Origin: a virus | Taxonomy: Duplodnaviria; Caudoviricetes | Length of the DNA stretch: 40,945 bases | IMG/VR virus record: IMGVR_UViG_3300033412_000033 | Location: 1 to 40,945 of that record | Strand: one strand, 5' to 3' | Part shown: piece after piece, positions 32,445-40,945 of the stretch | Layout: the number at the start of each line of letters is the position of its first letter | Numbering within the stretch: the stretch's first letter is position 1 | Program-made: the position numbers and the translations under genes | The notes under the pieces: model-generated | What the model saw: the letters and a program-made list of their open reading frames with translations, nothing else | What the model was told of the DNA's origin: nothing | Database searches by the model: none

Positions 32445-33910
32445 GACGTGGAGGGCTTTACGAATTTGTCAAGCGTGCTTGGCATATCGTAGAACCTATC
32501 CCCTATATAGATAATTGGCACATAGAGGAGAAATGCAAGCTCCTCGAAGCAGTGTCTAGGGGAAAATGTAAAGAAGCCATTATTAATGAGCCTCCGGGAT
32601 CCGGAAAGTCTCTCGTTGTTAGTGTATTGTGGCCTGTTTGGGAATGGGCTTGTATCTCAGCCGAAACTCGTTGGATCTTCGCATCGTTTGATATCGCTCT
32701 TACCCGAAGAGACGCAGGCAAAGCTGTTACACTTATTACCTCGGATTGGTTCAAAGAGAGGTATGGTGTTGCGCTGGCCGAGCGTATGGGTGGGCCGCCT
32801 CGCGAACGTGTAGCTTTGACTGAGTTCTATACGACTGCTGGCGGTTTTCGTTATTCAACGTCCTGCCCACTTGGCAAGGTGACGGGTCGGCATGCACACA
32901 GGCATGTCATTGACGATCCGATTAAGCCCGCCACAGCAGAAGCTGCATCGTTCGCTGTGTCAGATAAAGCCCTTCAAGACATTTCTAATTGGAAACGAAA
33001 CACACTAAGCACACGAGCATCAGATCCTAAGAACCTATCAACGGTTCTGATTATGCAGCGCGTTCACGAGAACGATCTTACCGGTGAAATGCTGCGCAAC
33101 AATCCTCAAGCGGCGCATCTCAGATTTCCTGCACGCTTTGAAGCTGACGATCCATCGGTTACTCCATTTGCTCGAGACCGACGAACGCAAGAGGGAGAGC
33201 TCATCTGGCCGCAAAGAGTCGACGATGAAACGCTCAGTAAGACTGAACATGATATGGGCGGTAAAGGTTCGATGACTGTTGCCGCGCAGCTTCAGCAGCG
33301 ACCAACGAGCCGTGGCGGCCAAATCTTCAAAAAAGATTGGTTCCAATATTGGGAAGAATTACCTAAGGGCTTCGGTCGTTTCGTTCAGTCTTGGGATCTG
33401 ACCTTTAAAGCTGAAGGAACTTCGCGCGTCTGTGGGGACCTTTGGCTTATTTTCGGAACGAAATGTTTTCTTGTCGATTGGATTTGTAAACAGATGAGCT
33501 TTACAGAAAGTCTTGCAGAGATAGAAAAGCGTTGCACGACTGATACTGTTTGGCGCAAAGCAGGGACGAAGCTCATTGAAAATAAAGCGAATGGACCTGC
33601 TGTTATCTCTGTGCTTCAGAACAAGATAACAGGTATCATCCCTGTTGAGCCTCAAGGTTCTAAAGAAGAGCGAGCAAATGCCGTAACGCCCGTCTATGAA
33701 GCAAAAAATGTCTATCATCCGCATCCAAGCATTCGACCAGACATTAAAGGACGTGAGAAGGTTCTCCTAGATTTCCCGCGCGCACGTTGGGATGACGAAG
33801 TAGATGCTACGTCTATGTTTTTGCTCTACTTCATACAGAACTCTTCGAACTTGGCGGCTGCGATGGGCGCACTGAAAGCGCCCGGGGTCTTTGGAATGGG
33901 TTCGAGATGA
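32402..33910 (+). CDS. terL: Terminase large subunit
   Basis: NEPPGSGKS, VIDDP, IMQRVHENDL, QQRP, SWDLTFK, IENKANG, DDEVDA. Confidence 0.93.
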   Translation: MRIPSRAEIDVEKIRRGGLYEFVKRAWHIVEPIPYIDNWHIEEKCKLLEAVSRGKCKEAIINEPPGSGKSLVVSVLWPVWEWACISAETRWIFASFDIALTRRDAGKAVTLITSDWFKERYGVALAERMGGPPRERVALTEFYTTAGGFRYSTSCPLGKVTGRHAHRHVIDDPIKPATAEAASFAVSDKALQDISNWKRNTLSTRASDPKNLSTVLIMQRVHENDLTGEMLRNNPQAAHLRFPARFEADDPSVTPFARDRRTQEGELIWPQRVDDETLSKTEHDMGGKGSMTVAAQLQQRPTSRGGQIFKKDWFQYWEELPKGFGRFVQSWDLTFKAEGTSRVCGDLWLIFGTKCFLVDWICKQMSFTESLAEIEKRCTTDTVWRKAGTKLIENKANGPAVISVLQNKITGIIPVEPQGSKEERANAVTPVYEAKNVYHPHPSIRPDIKGREKVLLDFPRARWDDEVDATSMFLLYFIQNSSNLAAAMGALKAPGVFGMGSR

Positions 33911-34623
33911 AAATTACAGGTCCGTTGTTTAAATGGTTCGGTTCGAAATGGAACGCTTCAAAGCACTATCCAGAACCGGCATATGAAACCCTGATAGAAC
34001 CTTTTGCTGGAAGTGCCGCATATAGTCTAAGATATGCAGAAAAGAAAGTCCAAATTTTTGATGCAGATCCTAATTTACAGCAACTTTGGTATTGGCTGAT
34101 CAACGAAGCAACAGAAGAGTCAATAAGACAAATTCCAACAGATTTTCCTGAAGGAACAGATTTAAGAAGGGTAGGTTTGACGTATAATCAAGCGCTTTTG
34201 GTAAAGCACTGGCAACGGACTAATAACGTTGGAGATTGCTGGACTACTAGCCCGTGGGGGAACAAGCCTGGACAATGGACGGTAAGCACACGTTCAAGAG
34301 TAGCGGAAGAAGTACAAGCGATAAAACATTGGGTATTCGCTCCTATTTATCCGCAAACTGGAACTTGGTTTATTGACCCTCCATATCAATATAATTACCA
34401 GTACCGAAAAGGTTTGACAGTTAACTATCAAATTTTGGCTAATGCAATACAAAATATTCCTAGACCTAATCAATTGATAGTATGCGAGGCTATATGTAGT
34501 AAAACAGGCAAGGTACCAGATTGGCTACCTTTTCAGTTTTTCCGAGAAACGGTTACTAGCAGAAGGAAGGAGCATCAATCGCACCACTCAAAGGAGCTTG
34601 TTTGGTACAAGGGTCCGAGCTAA
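33907..34623 (+). CDS. D12-class DNA adenine methyltransferase-like protein
   Basis: FKWFGSK, IEPFAGSAAYS, FIDPPY; visibly AT-richer than neighbours. Confidence 0.8.
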   Translation: MKITGPLFKWFGSKWNASKHYPEPAYETLIEPFAGSAAYSLRYAEKKVQIFDADPNLQQLWYWLINEATEESIRQIPTDFPEGTDLRRVGLTYNQALLVKHWQRTNNVGDCWTTSPWGNKPGQWTVSTRSRVAEEVQAIKHWVFAPIYPQTGTWFIDPPYQYNYQYRKGLTVNYQILANAIQNIPRPNQLIVCEAICSKTGKVPDWLPFQFFRETVTSRRKEHQSHHSKELVWYKGPS

Positions 34624-34646
34624 GCTGAGTCCCAAAGGACTTAGCT

Positions 34647-36104
34647 TTGACAGCAAAACAAGCTCTTTTGTCGAATGCCCTTAAGGCGCTCTCGTATATC
34701 GGCGAGCGTTTCGACGGATGGACGAACCAATTCACCGGCCTCGGTGTGTGGGGCCGTGACAAGACGCTCGGCACACGCTTTCGTGAGGACTGTATCCTCA
34801 GCCTTCAAGAGCTAACGAGTCTCTATGTAGGCGACGATATGGCTGCATTGATCGTGGACACAGTTCCCGATACGATGTACCGCAAAGGGTTCGAAGTTGT
34901 TACGGACGATAATGACGAACGAGAGCCTTTGAACGAAGCTGTTCGCACGTATAACGTCGCGAAGCTCTTCAAAGAAGGTAAGCGTTGGGGGCGTTGTTAT
35001 GGTGGAGCTTTGCTTGTCATCGGGGCAGATGACGGAGGCAATGCAGACGAACCGCTCAACGAGGAGCGCATACAGACTATGCGGCCGTCGCGCGTCGTTG
35101 ATAGACGATGGGCGTGGCCGCTAACGTACTATACGGATTCTGAACATCCTAAGTACGGGATGCCTGAGACGTATCAGATAACGACGTGGAATGGAACGTG
35201 GGGCGTCCGTCAAGCGGTCGTTCATGAAAGCCGACTTATCCTGTTTGGAGGAGCTACTACTCCAGAGGATAAGAAGCTTCAAAATAACAGCTGGGACTAC
35301 AGTATCCTTCAACGGTGCTATGGTCCGTTGCGGCAGTTTGAGAATAACTACAAATCACTAGAACTATTGCTCGCAGATGCAAGTCAGGCTGTTTATGGTG
35401 TCAAGAATCTTTGGGACATCATAGCGCAAGGGCAAGAACAAGTTCTTATCGAACGTATGCAAATGATAGATCTCGCACGTTCTGTTGCGCGAGCTATCGT
35501 TATGGACAAGGACAACGAAACATTCGAACGCAAGACTACGACGATGGCCGGCGTTCCGGACAGCATCGATCGGTCGATGCAAAGACTCTCTGCTGCTGCG
35601 CGTATCCCTGTTTCGATTTTGATGGGACGTTCCGCGGCAGGAATGAACGCAACAGGCGATCTAGATCTGGAGTGGTTCTACAACGATATCGAATCAGCGC
35701 GCGACGAAGAAAAGCCAAAGATTAAGCGCTTCGTTGAGTTGATGTGCTTGGCCAAAGATGGGCCAACAAATGGCATTATTCCTAAGAGTCTTGAAATCGA
35801 GTTCAAGGCTCTTCGTGAGCTAACCGAAGAACAGAAGTCGAATATCTACAGCAAAAATGCTGCTGCCGATGTCCAATACATAACTGAAGGAGTCCTAACC
35901 AAGGATGAAGTAGCACTCTCGCGTTTCGGTCCCCGTGGGTATTCACAGAATATTGTGATTGTGCGTGGACCTCGCGAAGAGATGCTAGATCCTAAGTTGA
36001 TTGATGAGGAACTCAATGCGGAGCCGGAAGCACAGACGCAGGATCCCAACCAACAGCAAAAGAAGGGAACTCCTGCCAAAGACCCCGGAAGCAACAATAA
36101 CTGA
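34647..36104 (+). CDS. Portal protein (DUF1073/HI1409-like)
   Basis: DGWTN..TGLG, YGGA, VHESRL, AARIPVSILMGRSAAGMNATGDLD; position after terL. Confidence 0.88.
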   Translation: MTAKQALLSNALKALSYIGERFDGWTNQFTGLGVWGRDKTLGTRFREDCILSLQELTSLYVGDDMAALIVDTVPDTMYRKGFEVVTDDNDEREPLNEAVRTYNVAKLFKEGKRWGRCYGGALLVIGADDGGNADEPLNEERIQTMRPSRVVDRRWAWPLTYYTDSEHPKYGMPETYQITTWNGTWGVRQAVVHESRLILFGGATTPEDKKLQNNSWDYSILQRCYGPLRQFENNYKSLELLLADASQAVYGVKNLWDIIAQGQEQVLIERMQMIDLARSVARAIVMDKDNETFERKTTTMAGVPDSIDRSMQRLSAAARIPVSILMGRSAAGMNATGDLDLEWFYNDIESARDEEKPKIKRFVELMCLAKDGPTNGIIPKSLEIEFKALRELTEEQKSNIYSKNAAADVQYITEGVLTKDEVALSRFGPRGYSQNIVIVRGPREEMLDPKLIDEELNAEPEAQTQDPNQQQKKGTPAKDPGSNNN

Positions 36105-36861
36105 GTATGAAATTTGGATTTATGGTCTGTTGAAGTCTTGGCATCAACGGTTGCTTGCGGACGTTAGAAAAGCTGCCGTTGAGGATGGTTATCGTAACGA
36201 CGCGCTACTTGGATATCTACGAACGTTACTCGCTCAATTCTCGTTGAAGGTTCAAGAAATCTTCACAGCAAAGAATTTACAAGCGCCGCTTGCAAGATAT
36301 GCAGCAGAAGTTACGGAACGAAATCTCAGGACACAGATCGTCGGTATTGATCCTACGTTCGGTCAACCAACATTCGTGGTGTTGCGAGATACTTATATAG
36401 AGAATAACGTCAAGCTCATTAAGACGATTCCGGAGCAAGATCTTGCTAGTGTTGAGAAAATTTTTTCGGCTCCTGAGAACGTTGGTCGCTCTGTAGGCGA
36501 ACTGTCTGACATGCTAGAGGAGAGATTCGATGTCTCCAAATCGAGAGCACAACGCATCGCTAGAGACCAGACGCTTAAGCTTAATGCGGGAATCACAGCA
36601 GAGCGTCAAAGACTCGCTGGCATTTCACGATACATCTGGACGACGTCCAAAGACGAGAGAGTCAGGGGAAACCCTCTTGGTAAATGGCCCCTTCCTAAGT
36701 CTGGTTTGGGTGGCGACCATTATCGTTTGGATGGTTCGATACAAACCTGGAACGCACCCCCTATCGTTAATACTGCTACTCTACGGCGTGCACACCCTGG
36801 TTTTGATTATGAGTGCCGCTGTACTCCGTTTCCAATCCTCGAAGGGATAGACGATGTCTGA
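36001..36861 (+). CDS. Head morphogenesis protein (SPP1 gp7/Mu F-like)
   Basis: RAQRIARDQTLKLN, YIWTTSKDERVR, HPGFDYECRC; exact start uncertain. Confidence 0.88.
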   Translation: MMRNSMRSRKHRRRIPTNSKRRELLPKTPEATITEYEIWIYGLLKSWHQRLLADVRKAAVEDGYRNDALLGYLRTLLAQFSLKVQEIFTAKNLQAPLARYAAEVTERNLRTQIVGIDPTFGQPTFVVLRDTYIENNVKLIKTIPEQDLASVEKIFSAPENVGRSVGELSDMLEERFDVSKSRAQRIARDQTLKLNAGITAERQRLAGISRYIWTTSKDERVRGNPLGKWPLPKSGLGGDHYRLDGSIQTWNAPPIVNTATLRRAHPGFDYECRCTPFPILEGIDDV

Positions 36862-38041
36862 AGTAACCAGATACGATTTTTCAAGGCTCGATAACATCGA
36901 ACGTACGCCGTCCGGAGGGTTGCGTATTCCAGGCAATCTTACACGTATTGGCGTCTTGGAATATAAGTTCCCCGATGGTTCGGTGCGGCGGGAACTTCGT
37001 CATCCGGACCATGTTTTTAAGGCGGACAGTCTTAAGACGTTGCGCGACGCTCCGGTTACCGATCTTCATCCGCCCGAGATGGTCAAACCAGAAAACTATA
37101 GTAGATATAGCCGTGGACACATATCGGATTATGGACACACAGATACCCATGTGACGGGCACGCTAGCTGTGCAGGATGCAGATCTAATTAAGAAGATTGA
37201 TGCTAAAGAGCGTCAAGAGATCTCAATGGGATATCGTTGCGATCTAGATCACACGCCGGGCGTCTTTAACGGTGAGAAGTACGATGCTATTCAAACTAAT
37301 ATTCGATACAATCATGTAGCGATTGGTCCGGAAAAATGGGGGCGTGCCGGATCTTCGGTTGCGCTTCGTCTAGACTCGTGTGATGCTTTCAGTGAGCCGC
37401 ATATTGGCCAAGAATCAAGGAAACCTGACATTATGAAGACCATTCGACTTGACGGGGCTGACTACGAATGCGGCTCCGATGCACATCTCGCAAAGCTCGA
37501 TTCGATGCACAAGGAAGTTGTGCAATCGATGCAAACTCAGCTCGATAAGGAAAAGGGGCGAGCAGACGGTCTCGCTGCGGAGCTCGCGACGGTCAAGACG
37601 AAGCTTGCGACGGCGGAGGATCCCGCTCGCATCGATACTGCGGTCCAAGCGCGCGTGAAGCTCGAAACGAGCGCGCGAAAGGTGCTGGGCCCCGATGCGA
37701 AGCTCGATGGTCTCAGCGAGCGCGCGATTATGCTGAACGTACTGAAGCTCGATGAGAAGGCAGTCGAAGGCAAGAGCGACGATTATCTGCGGGGACGCTT
37801 CGATACGGCCACGGCCGGCGAGGGCGGCACGCAGCGCCGCGATTCGCGGAGCATCTCTCACGCGCTCGACGTCGCGGGCGGAGGGCATCCGCCGGACGGC
37901 GTCCGACGTCAGGACGGGCAGCAACAGGACGGCGATGGCAGCAACGTGACGCGCATCGACGCCGTGGAATCACAGAAGAAGAACCGTAAGGAACTCCATA
38001 ACGCTGGACGTGCTCCGCTGCCGGGCACCGTTCAGAAGTAA
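36854..38041 (+). CDS. Prohead protease/scaffold (DUF2213)
   Basis: TRIGVLEY, PVTDLHP, EISMGY, QTNIRYNHVAI, GRAG..LRLD; coiled-coil tail. Confidence 0.88.
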   Translation: MSEVTRYDFSRLDNIERTPSGGLRIPGNLTRIGVLEYKFPDGSVRRELRHPDHVFKADSLKTLRDAPVTDLHPPEMVKPENYSRYSRGHISDYGHTDTHVTGTLAVQDADLIKKIDAKERQEISMGYRCDLDHTPGVFNGEKYDAIQTNIRYNHVAIGPEKWGRAGSSVALRLDSCDAFSEPHIGQESRKPDIMKTIRLDGADYECGSDAHLAKLDSMHKEVVQSMQTQLDKEKGRADGLAAELATVKTKLATAEDPARIDTAVQARVKLETSARKVLGPDAKLDGLSERAIMLNVLKLDEKAVEGKSDDYLRGRFDTATAGEGGTQRRDSRSISHALDVAGGGHPPDGVRRQDGQQQDGDGSNVTRIDAVESQKKNRKELHNAGRAPLPGTVQK

Positions 38042-38073
38042 TCTTCAAGAACTTAATTTAAGGAAATAAGAAA

Positions 38074-38577
38074 ATGTCTCAAACTACGGTTCTTGCGGAT
38101 GTTCCGCTGGCTCTTGAAGGTTCGGTCGCATATCCTGGTGCGGGTAATCTAACGATTAGCCGATGGGCTAAGACGGATATGCCTTTTGGGCGTTTCGTGA
38201 CGTTCAAGACTGCGAGCGGTGCGGAGTCTTGTGACCTTCCGACGGTTACGGGTGATGTGACTTCAGGTCGTGCTCTCGGCATCGCTGTGTTTGATCCTGC
38301 GAAGGAGCCGAACAGTGCGCTCGGCTACAAGGCTGGACAGATGGTCCAAATCCTTCGTCGAGGATATATTTGGATGCTCACGGAGACGGATGTCGCCGAA
38401 GGTAGCGCGGTGTTCGTTAGATTTGCTACGGTAACAGGTTCGGGAACCGCGCCCGCAATCGGCAAGGTTCGCAAAGATGCGGATACTGCGGATGCGGTAG
38501 CTCTCCCTGGTGCCTTTTTCCGTACGACTCTCGCGGCCGCGGGTTTGGCTATCGTTGAGATTAACCTCCCGCAGTAA
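38074..38577 (+). CDS. Capsid cement/decoration protein
   Basis: MPFGRFV, ALGIAV, VQILRRGYIWM, VFVR; between scaffold and capsid genes. Confidence 0.75.
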   Translation: MSQTTVLADVPLALEGSVAYPGAGNLTISRWAKTDMPFGRFVTFKTASGAESCDLPTVTGDVTSGRALGIAVFDPAKEPNSALGYKAGQMVQILRRGYIWMLTETDVAEGSAVFVRFATVTGSGTAPAIGKVRKDADTADAVALPGAFFRTTLAAAGLAIVEINLPQ

Positions 38578-38616
38578 CAGAACTCTTTCTTAGCTTAACT
38601 TAAGGATAGAAGAAAA

Positions 38617-39573
38617 ATGTTGATTCGTCAAGCTCTCGTTGAACGTATTCTCGAGCAGTTCAATCAGAACACGAGTGATCGAACGGATGCGGGAGAGACT
38701 GCGTTTTTCACTCGTTCGCTCGAGACGATTCTCGCCAAGACGTATGATGTCAAGTATCCGGAGCTTAAGGCTCGTCAGTTCATTCCGCTGAACAGCGAAG
38801 TGGATCCGGGCGCTGAGACGTTTACGTATCGGCAGTTTGACATGTTTGGCATCGCGAAGATTATCAGCAACTTTGCTGACGATCTTCCGATGGTCGATGT
38901 GCTCGGTAAGGAGTTCAGCGCTCCTATCGTGAGCATCGGCGCAAGCTACCACTATTCGATTCAGGATATCCGCCGTTCGCGTATGTCGGGTATCGATATG
39001 GATGGCAAGCGCGGCATGGCTGTTCGACGCGCGGCTGAGACGAAGATTGATCTTCTCGCCGCTCTCGGTGACGCAAACACGGGAGTCAAGGGTTTCCTCA
39101 ATCAATCTGCTGTGCCCATTGTCAGTTTCGTTACTGGCAACTGGACGCAGGCGACGGCTGCAGAGAACATCCTTACGGACATGAACACGCTTGTTAACTC
39201 GATCGTGAACACGACCAAGGAACTCTTTGCGCCGGACACGATGATTTTGGACAATACTTCGTTCCAGATTGCGAACAGCAAGCGCATTGATCCGACGATG
39301 GAAAAGAGCGTTCTCAAGTCTTTCCTTGAGAACAATCCTTACATTACTTCGGTCCAGCAGTGGCAGCGATGCAACACTGCGTCGGCGACGAACGGTCGGC
39401 GCATCGTTGCGTACAAGCGCGATCCGGAAGTTCTCGAATTGGTCATTCCGCAAGAGTTTGAGCAGTTCCCTCCTCAGGCCAAGAACCTTGGATTTATGAT
39501 TCCTACGCATGCGCGCGTTGGTGGCGTTTCTGTGCGCTATCCGCTCGCTATTGCGTACATGGATCTGACGTAA
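38617..39573 (+). CDS. Major capsid protein (DUF2184, HK97 fold)
   Basis: YPELKARQFIP, ADDLPMVD, YSIQDI, GVKGFLN, GGVSVRYPLA. Confidence 0.9.
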   Translation: MLIRQALVERILEQFNQNTSDRTDAGETAFFTRSLETILAKTYDVKYPELKARQFIPLNSEVDPGAETFTYRQFDMFGIAKIISNFADDLPMVDVLGKEFSAPIVSIGASYHYSIQDIRRSRMSGIDMDGKRGMAVRRAAETKIDLLAALGDANTGVKGFLNQSAVPIVSFVTGNWTQATAAENILTDMNTLVNSIVNTTKELFAPDTMILDNTSFQIANSKRIDPTMEKSVLKSFLENNPYITSVQQWQRCNTASATNGRRIVAYKRDPEVLELVIPQEFEQFPPQAKNLGFMIPTHARVGGVSVRYPLAIAYMDLT

Positions 39574-39585
39574 AAGGAAAGACAG

Positions 39586-39978
39586 ATGATTGATATTGAG
39601 AATACTCAGGCTCGGCTTCTTGTCGGGCCTCCGATCGGGCACGAGAAGCTAGAGCATGGCGAGGTTCGTTTCCTTCCGGGAATGAATCACGTTTTGGATG
39701 ATGCTTGGGAGCAGACCAAGAATATGGGCAGCGTGCCGAAGTGGATTGAACTCGGCTGGCTCAAAGTTCATGGCGAACAGCCCGGTCCTGTTGAAGTCGA
39801 AGATGGTATCACGGTCGACGATGCCGTTTCTGAGATTTCAAAAATGAGTGCTCAGGATGCTGTCGCCGTCATTGAGCAAGGACATCTGACGGCTGAAATG
39901 CTCGATGCTGTAGCAAAGAGAGATAATCGCGAAGCCGTGTCTCTCGCTGCTAAGCTCAAGCTCGACGAGCAGAAGTAA
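39586..39978 (+). CDS. Head-associated hypothetical protein
   Basis: FLPGMNHV pattern; position after the capsid gene. Confidence 0.6.
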   Translation: MIDIENTQARLLVGPPIGHEKLEHGEVRFLPGMNHVLDDAWEQTKNMGSVPKWIELGWLKVHGEQPGPVEVEDGITVDDAVSEISKMSAQDAVAVIEQGHLTAEMLDAVAKRDNREAVSLAAKLKLDEQK

Positions 39979-40256
39979 TGGCTTTGGATGTAGCGAGCTT
40001 TAAGGTCGTTTTCCCCGAATTTACCGATGCCGGGGATGCGATGATTGCTCTCTACATCCAAGATGCTTCTCAACGAGTTAATGTAGCTTTCGGAAGTCTT
40101 TTTGATCGAGCACACGCTATTATGACAGCTAAGATGCTCGCTCAAAGCTCTTTCGGTCAACAAGCTCGCTTGTTATCAAAAACTGGACGCAGTACGTATG
40201 ACGATCAGTGGGATAATTTAGCTTACGCTTTCAACGCTGGCGGGACAGTCCTTTGA
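39978..40256 (+). CDS. Head-tail adaptor (DUF4054-like)
   Basis: FKVVFPEF..IALYIQDA..AHAIMTAKML..STY. Confidence 0.75.
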   Translation: MALDVASFKVVFPEFTDAGDAMIALYIQDASQRVNVAFGSLFDRAHAIMTAKMLAQSSFGQQARLLSKTGRSTYDDQWDNLAYAFNAGGTVL

Positions 40257-40714
40257 TTCGAACGAAGTTGACTATTATAGACCGAGATGCAGGTCTTAAA
40301 AAGCTACTTCGCGAAACATTGATTCCAGGCAGAACGAACGTAACGGTTGGAGTTCAGGCGGATATCGGAGCGCAACAACACGTTGGTTCTAAGCTTACTG
40401 TGCTTGACATCGCAACGATTCATGAATTTGGGCTTGGCAATAATCCTGAACGGTCTTTTATCCGTGCAACGTTCGATGAAAATCAAGAGCTGATTTACAG
40501 ACTCGCTCAATTAGTAGTCGATGGAAAGCTAACAAGAGAACAAGCACTTAATCAGCTCGGCCTTAGATTTCAAGCGCAGGTTATCGATAGAATCAATTCT
40601 AACATCCCTCCGCCGCTCGCTCCAGCAACGATTAAGCGCAAGGGTTCAAGTTTGGCGCTAGTTGATACAGGGCAACTTAAGTCTAGCATAACTTATCGGA
40701 TCGAACAAGAATGA
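40253..40714 (+). CDS. Neck/tail-completion protein
   Basis: VTVGV, IATIHEFG, PERSFIR, PPLAPATIKRKGSS..LVDTGQL..SITY. Confidence 0.8.
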   Translation: MIRTKLTIIDRDAGLKKLLRETLIPGRTNVTVGVQADIGAQQHVGSKLTVLDIATIHEFGLGNNPERSFIRATFDENQELIYRLAQLVVDGKLTREQALNQLGLRFQAQVIDRINSNIPPPLAPATIKRKGSSLALVDTGQLKSSITYRIEQE

Positions 40715-40945
40715 CCACATGGGCACAATTTAGAACGGACCTGCTAGCAGCAGTAAAAGCCGTTGTGCCTAATGATCAGGTCGTTTGGAAAAGTCAACCG
40801 CGTCCGTTCAAGAAGCCCGGTCGAGCACTCGTTATCTTGAATCAGATAGCTTTTGACTTCGGCCAGTTTGACGAGGAGCGCATCAATCCTGACACGATGC
40901 AAGTGGATCGTTTGGGTTGGCGCAAAACTACTGTTTCTGTTCGCG
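40711..40945 (+). CDS. Tail terminator-like protein (3' partial)
   Basis: ATGA overlap; MTTWAQFR..VVWKSQPRP..; open to the window end. Confidence 0.55.
   Translation, partial: MTTWAQFRTDLLAAVKAVVPNDQVVWKSQPRPFKKPGRALVILNQIAFDFGQFDEERINPDTMQVDRLGWRKTTVSVR

Noticed and set aside
38590-39642. 350-aa antisense ORF
   Set aside because: Mirror frame of the codon-biased major capsid gene.
1-40945. tRNA genes, integrase/att sites, introns or inteins in polymerase, helicase or terminase
   Set aside because: None recognised by eye. These genes are uninterrupted and of normal length, but a scan was not possible.

Overview
This window is about 41 kb of a tailed dsDNA phage genome, probably a myovirus (DUF1073 portal, F/gp7, DUF2213, DUF2184 capsid, DUF4054, DUF2612-like baseplate). 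It starts inside a tail-fibre gene and ends in the neck genes. No integrase, CRISPR array or tRNA was seen. Layout: tail/baseplate genes (+, 1-4600); a leftward replication operon (RuvC-like nuclease, family A DNA polymerase, SSB-like protein, oligoribonuclease, SF2 helicase, MazG, PD-(D/E)XK nuclease); a rightward primase-helicase; two divergent arms of small early genes around a repeat-rich non-coding region (21190-21600); a lysis-like cassette; two DNA methyltransferases; terminase and head genes. Cys-rich DAG-type lipoproteins weakly suggest a Myxococcota-like host (inference). Top candidate for a new system: at 505-586 the tail-fibre gene ends AAC-UAG. A 74-nt hairpin follows, then a matching AAC codon that opens a start-less, clearly coding glycoside-hydrolase frame. 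This is the architecture of programmed translational bypassing (T4 gene 60-like) or of a precisely excisable hairpin, and it would optionally fuse a glycanase onto the fibre. Also found: a complete type II hammerhead ribozyme (8764-8820, minus strand), about ten apparently leaderless promoter-ATG cassettes, and a covarying hairpin shared by both early arms. All family calls are by motif recognition only; no searches were run.
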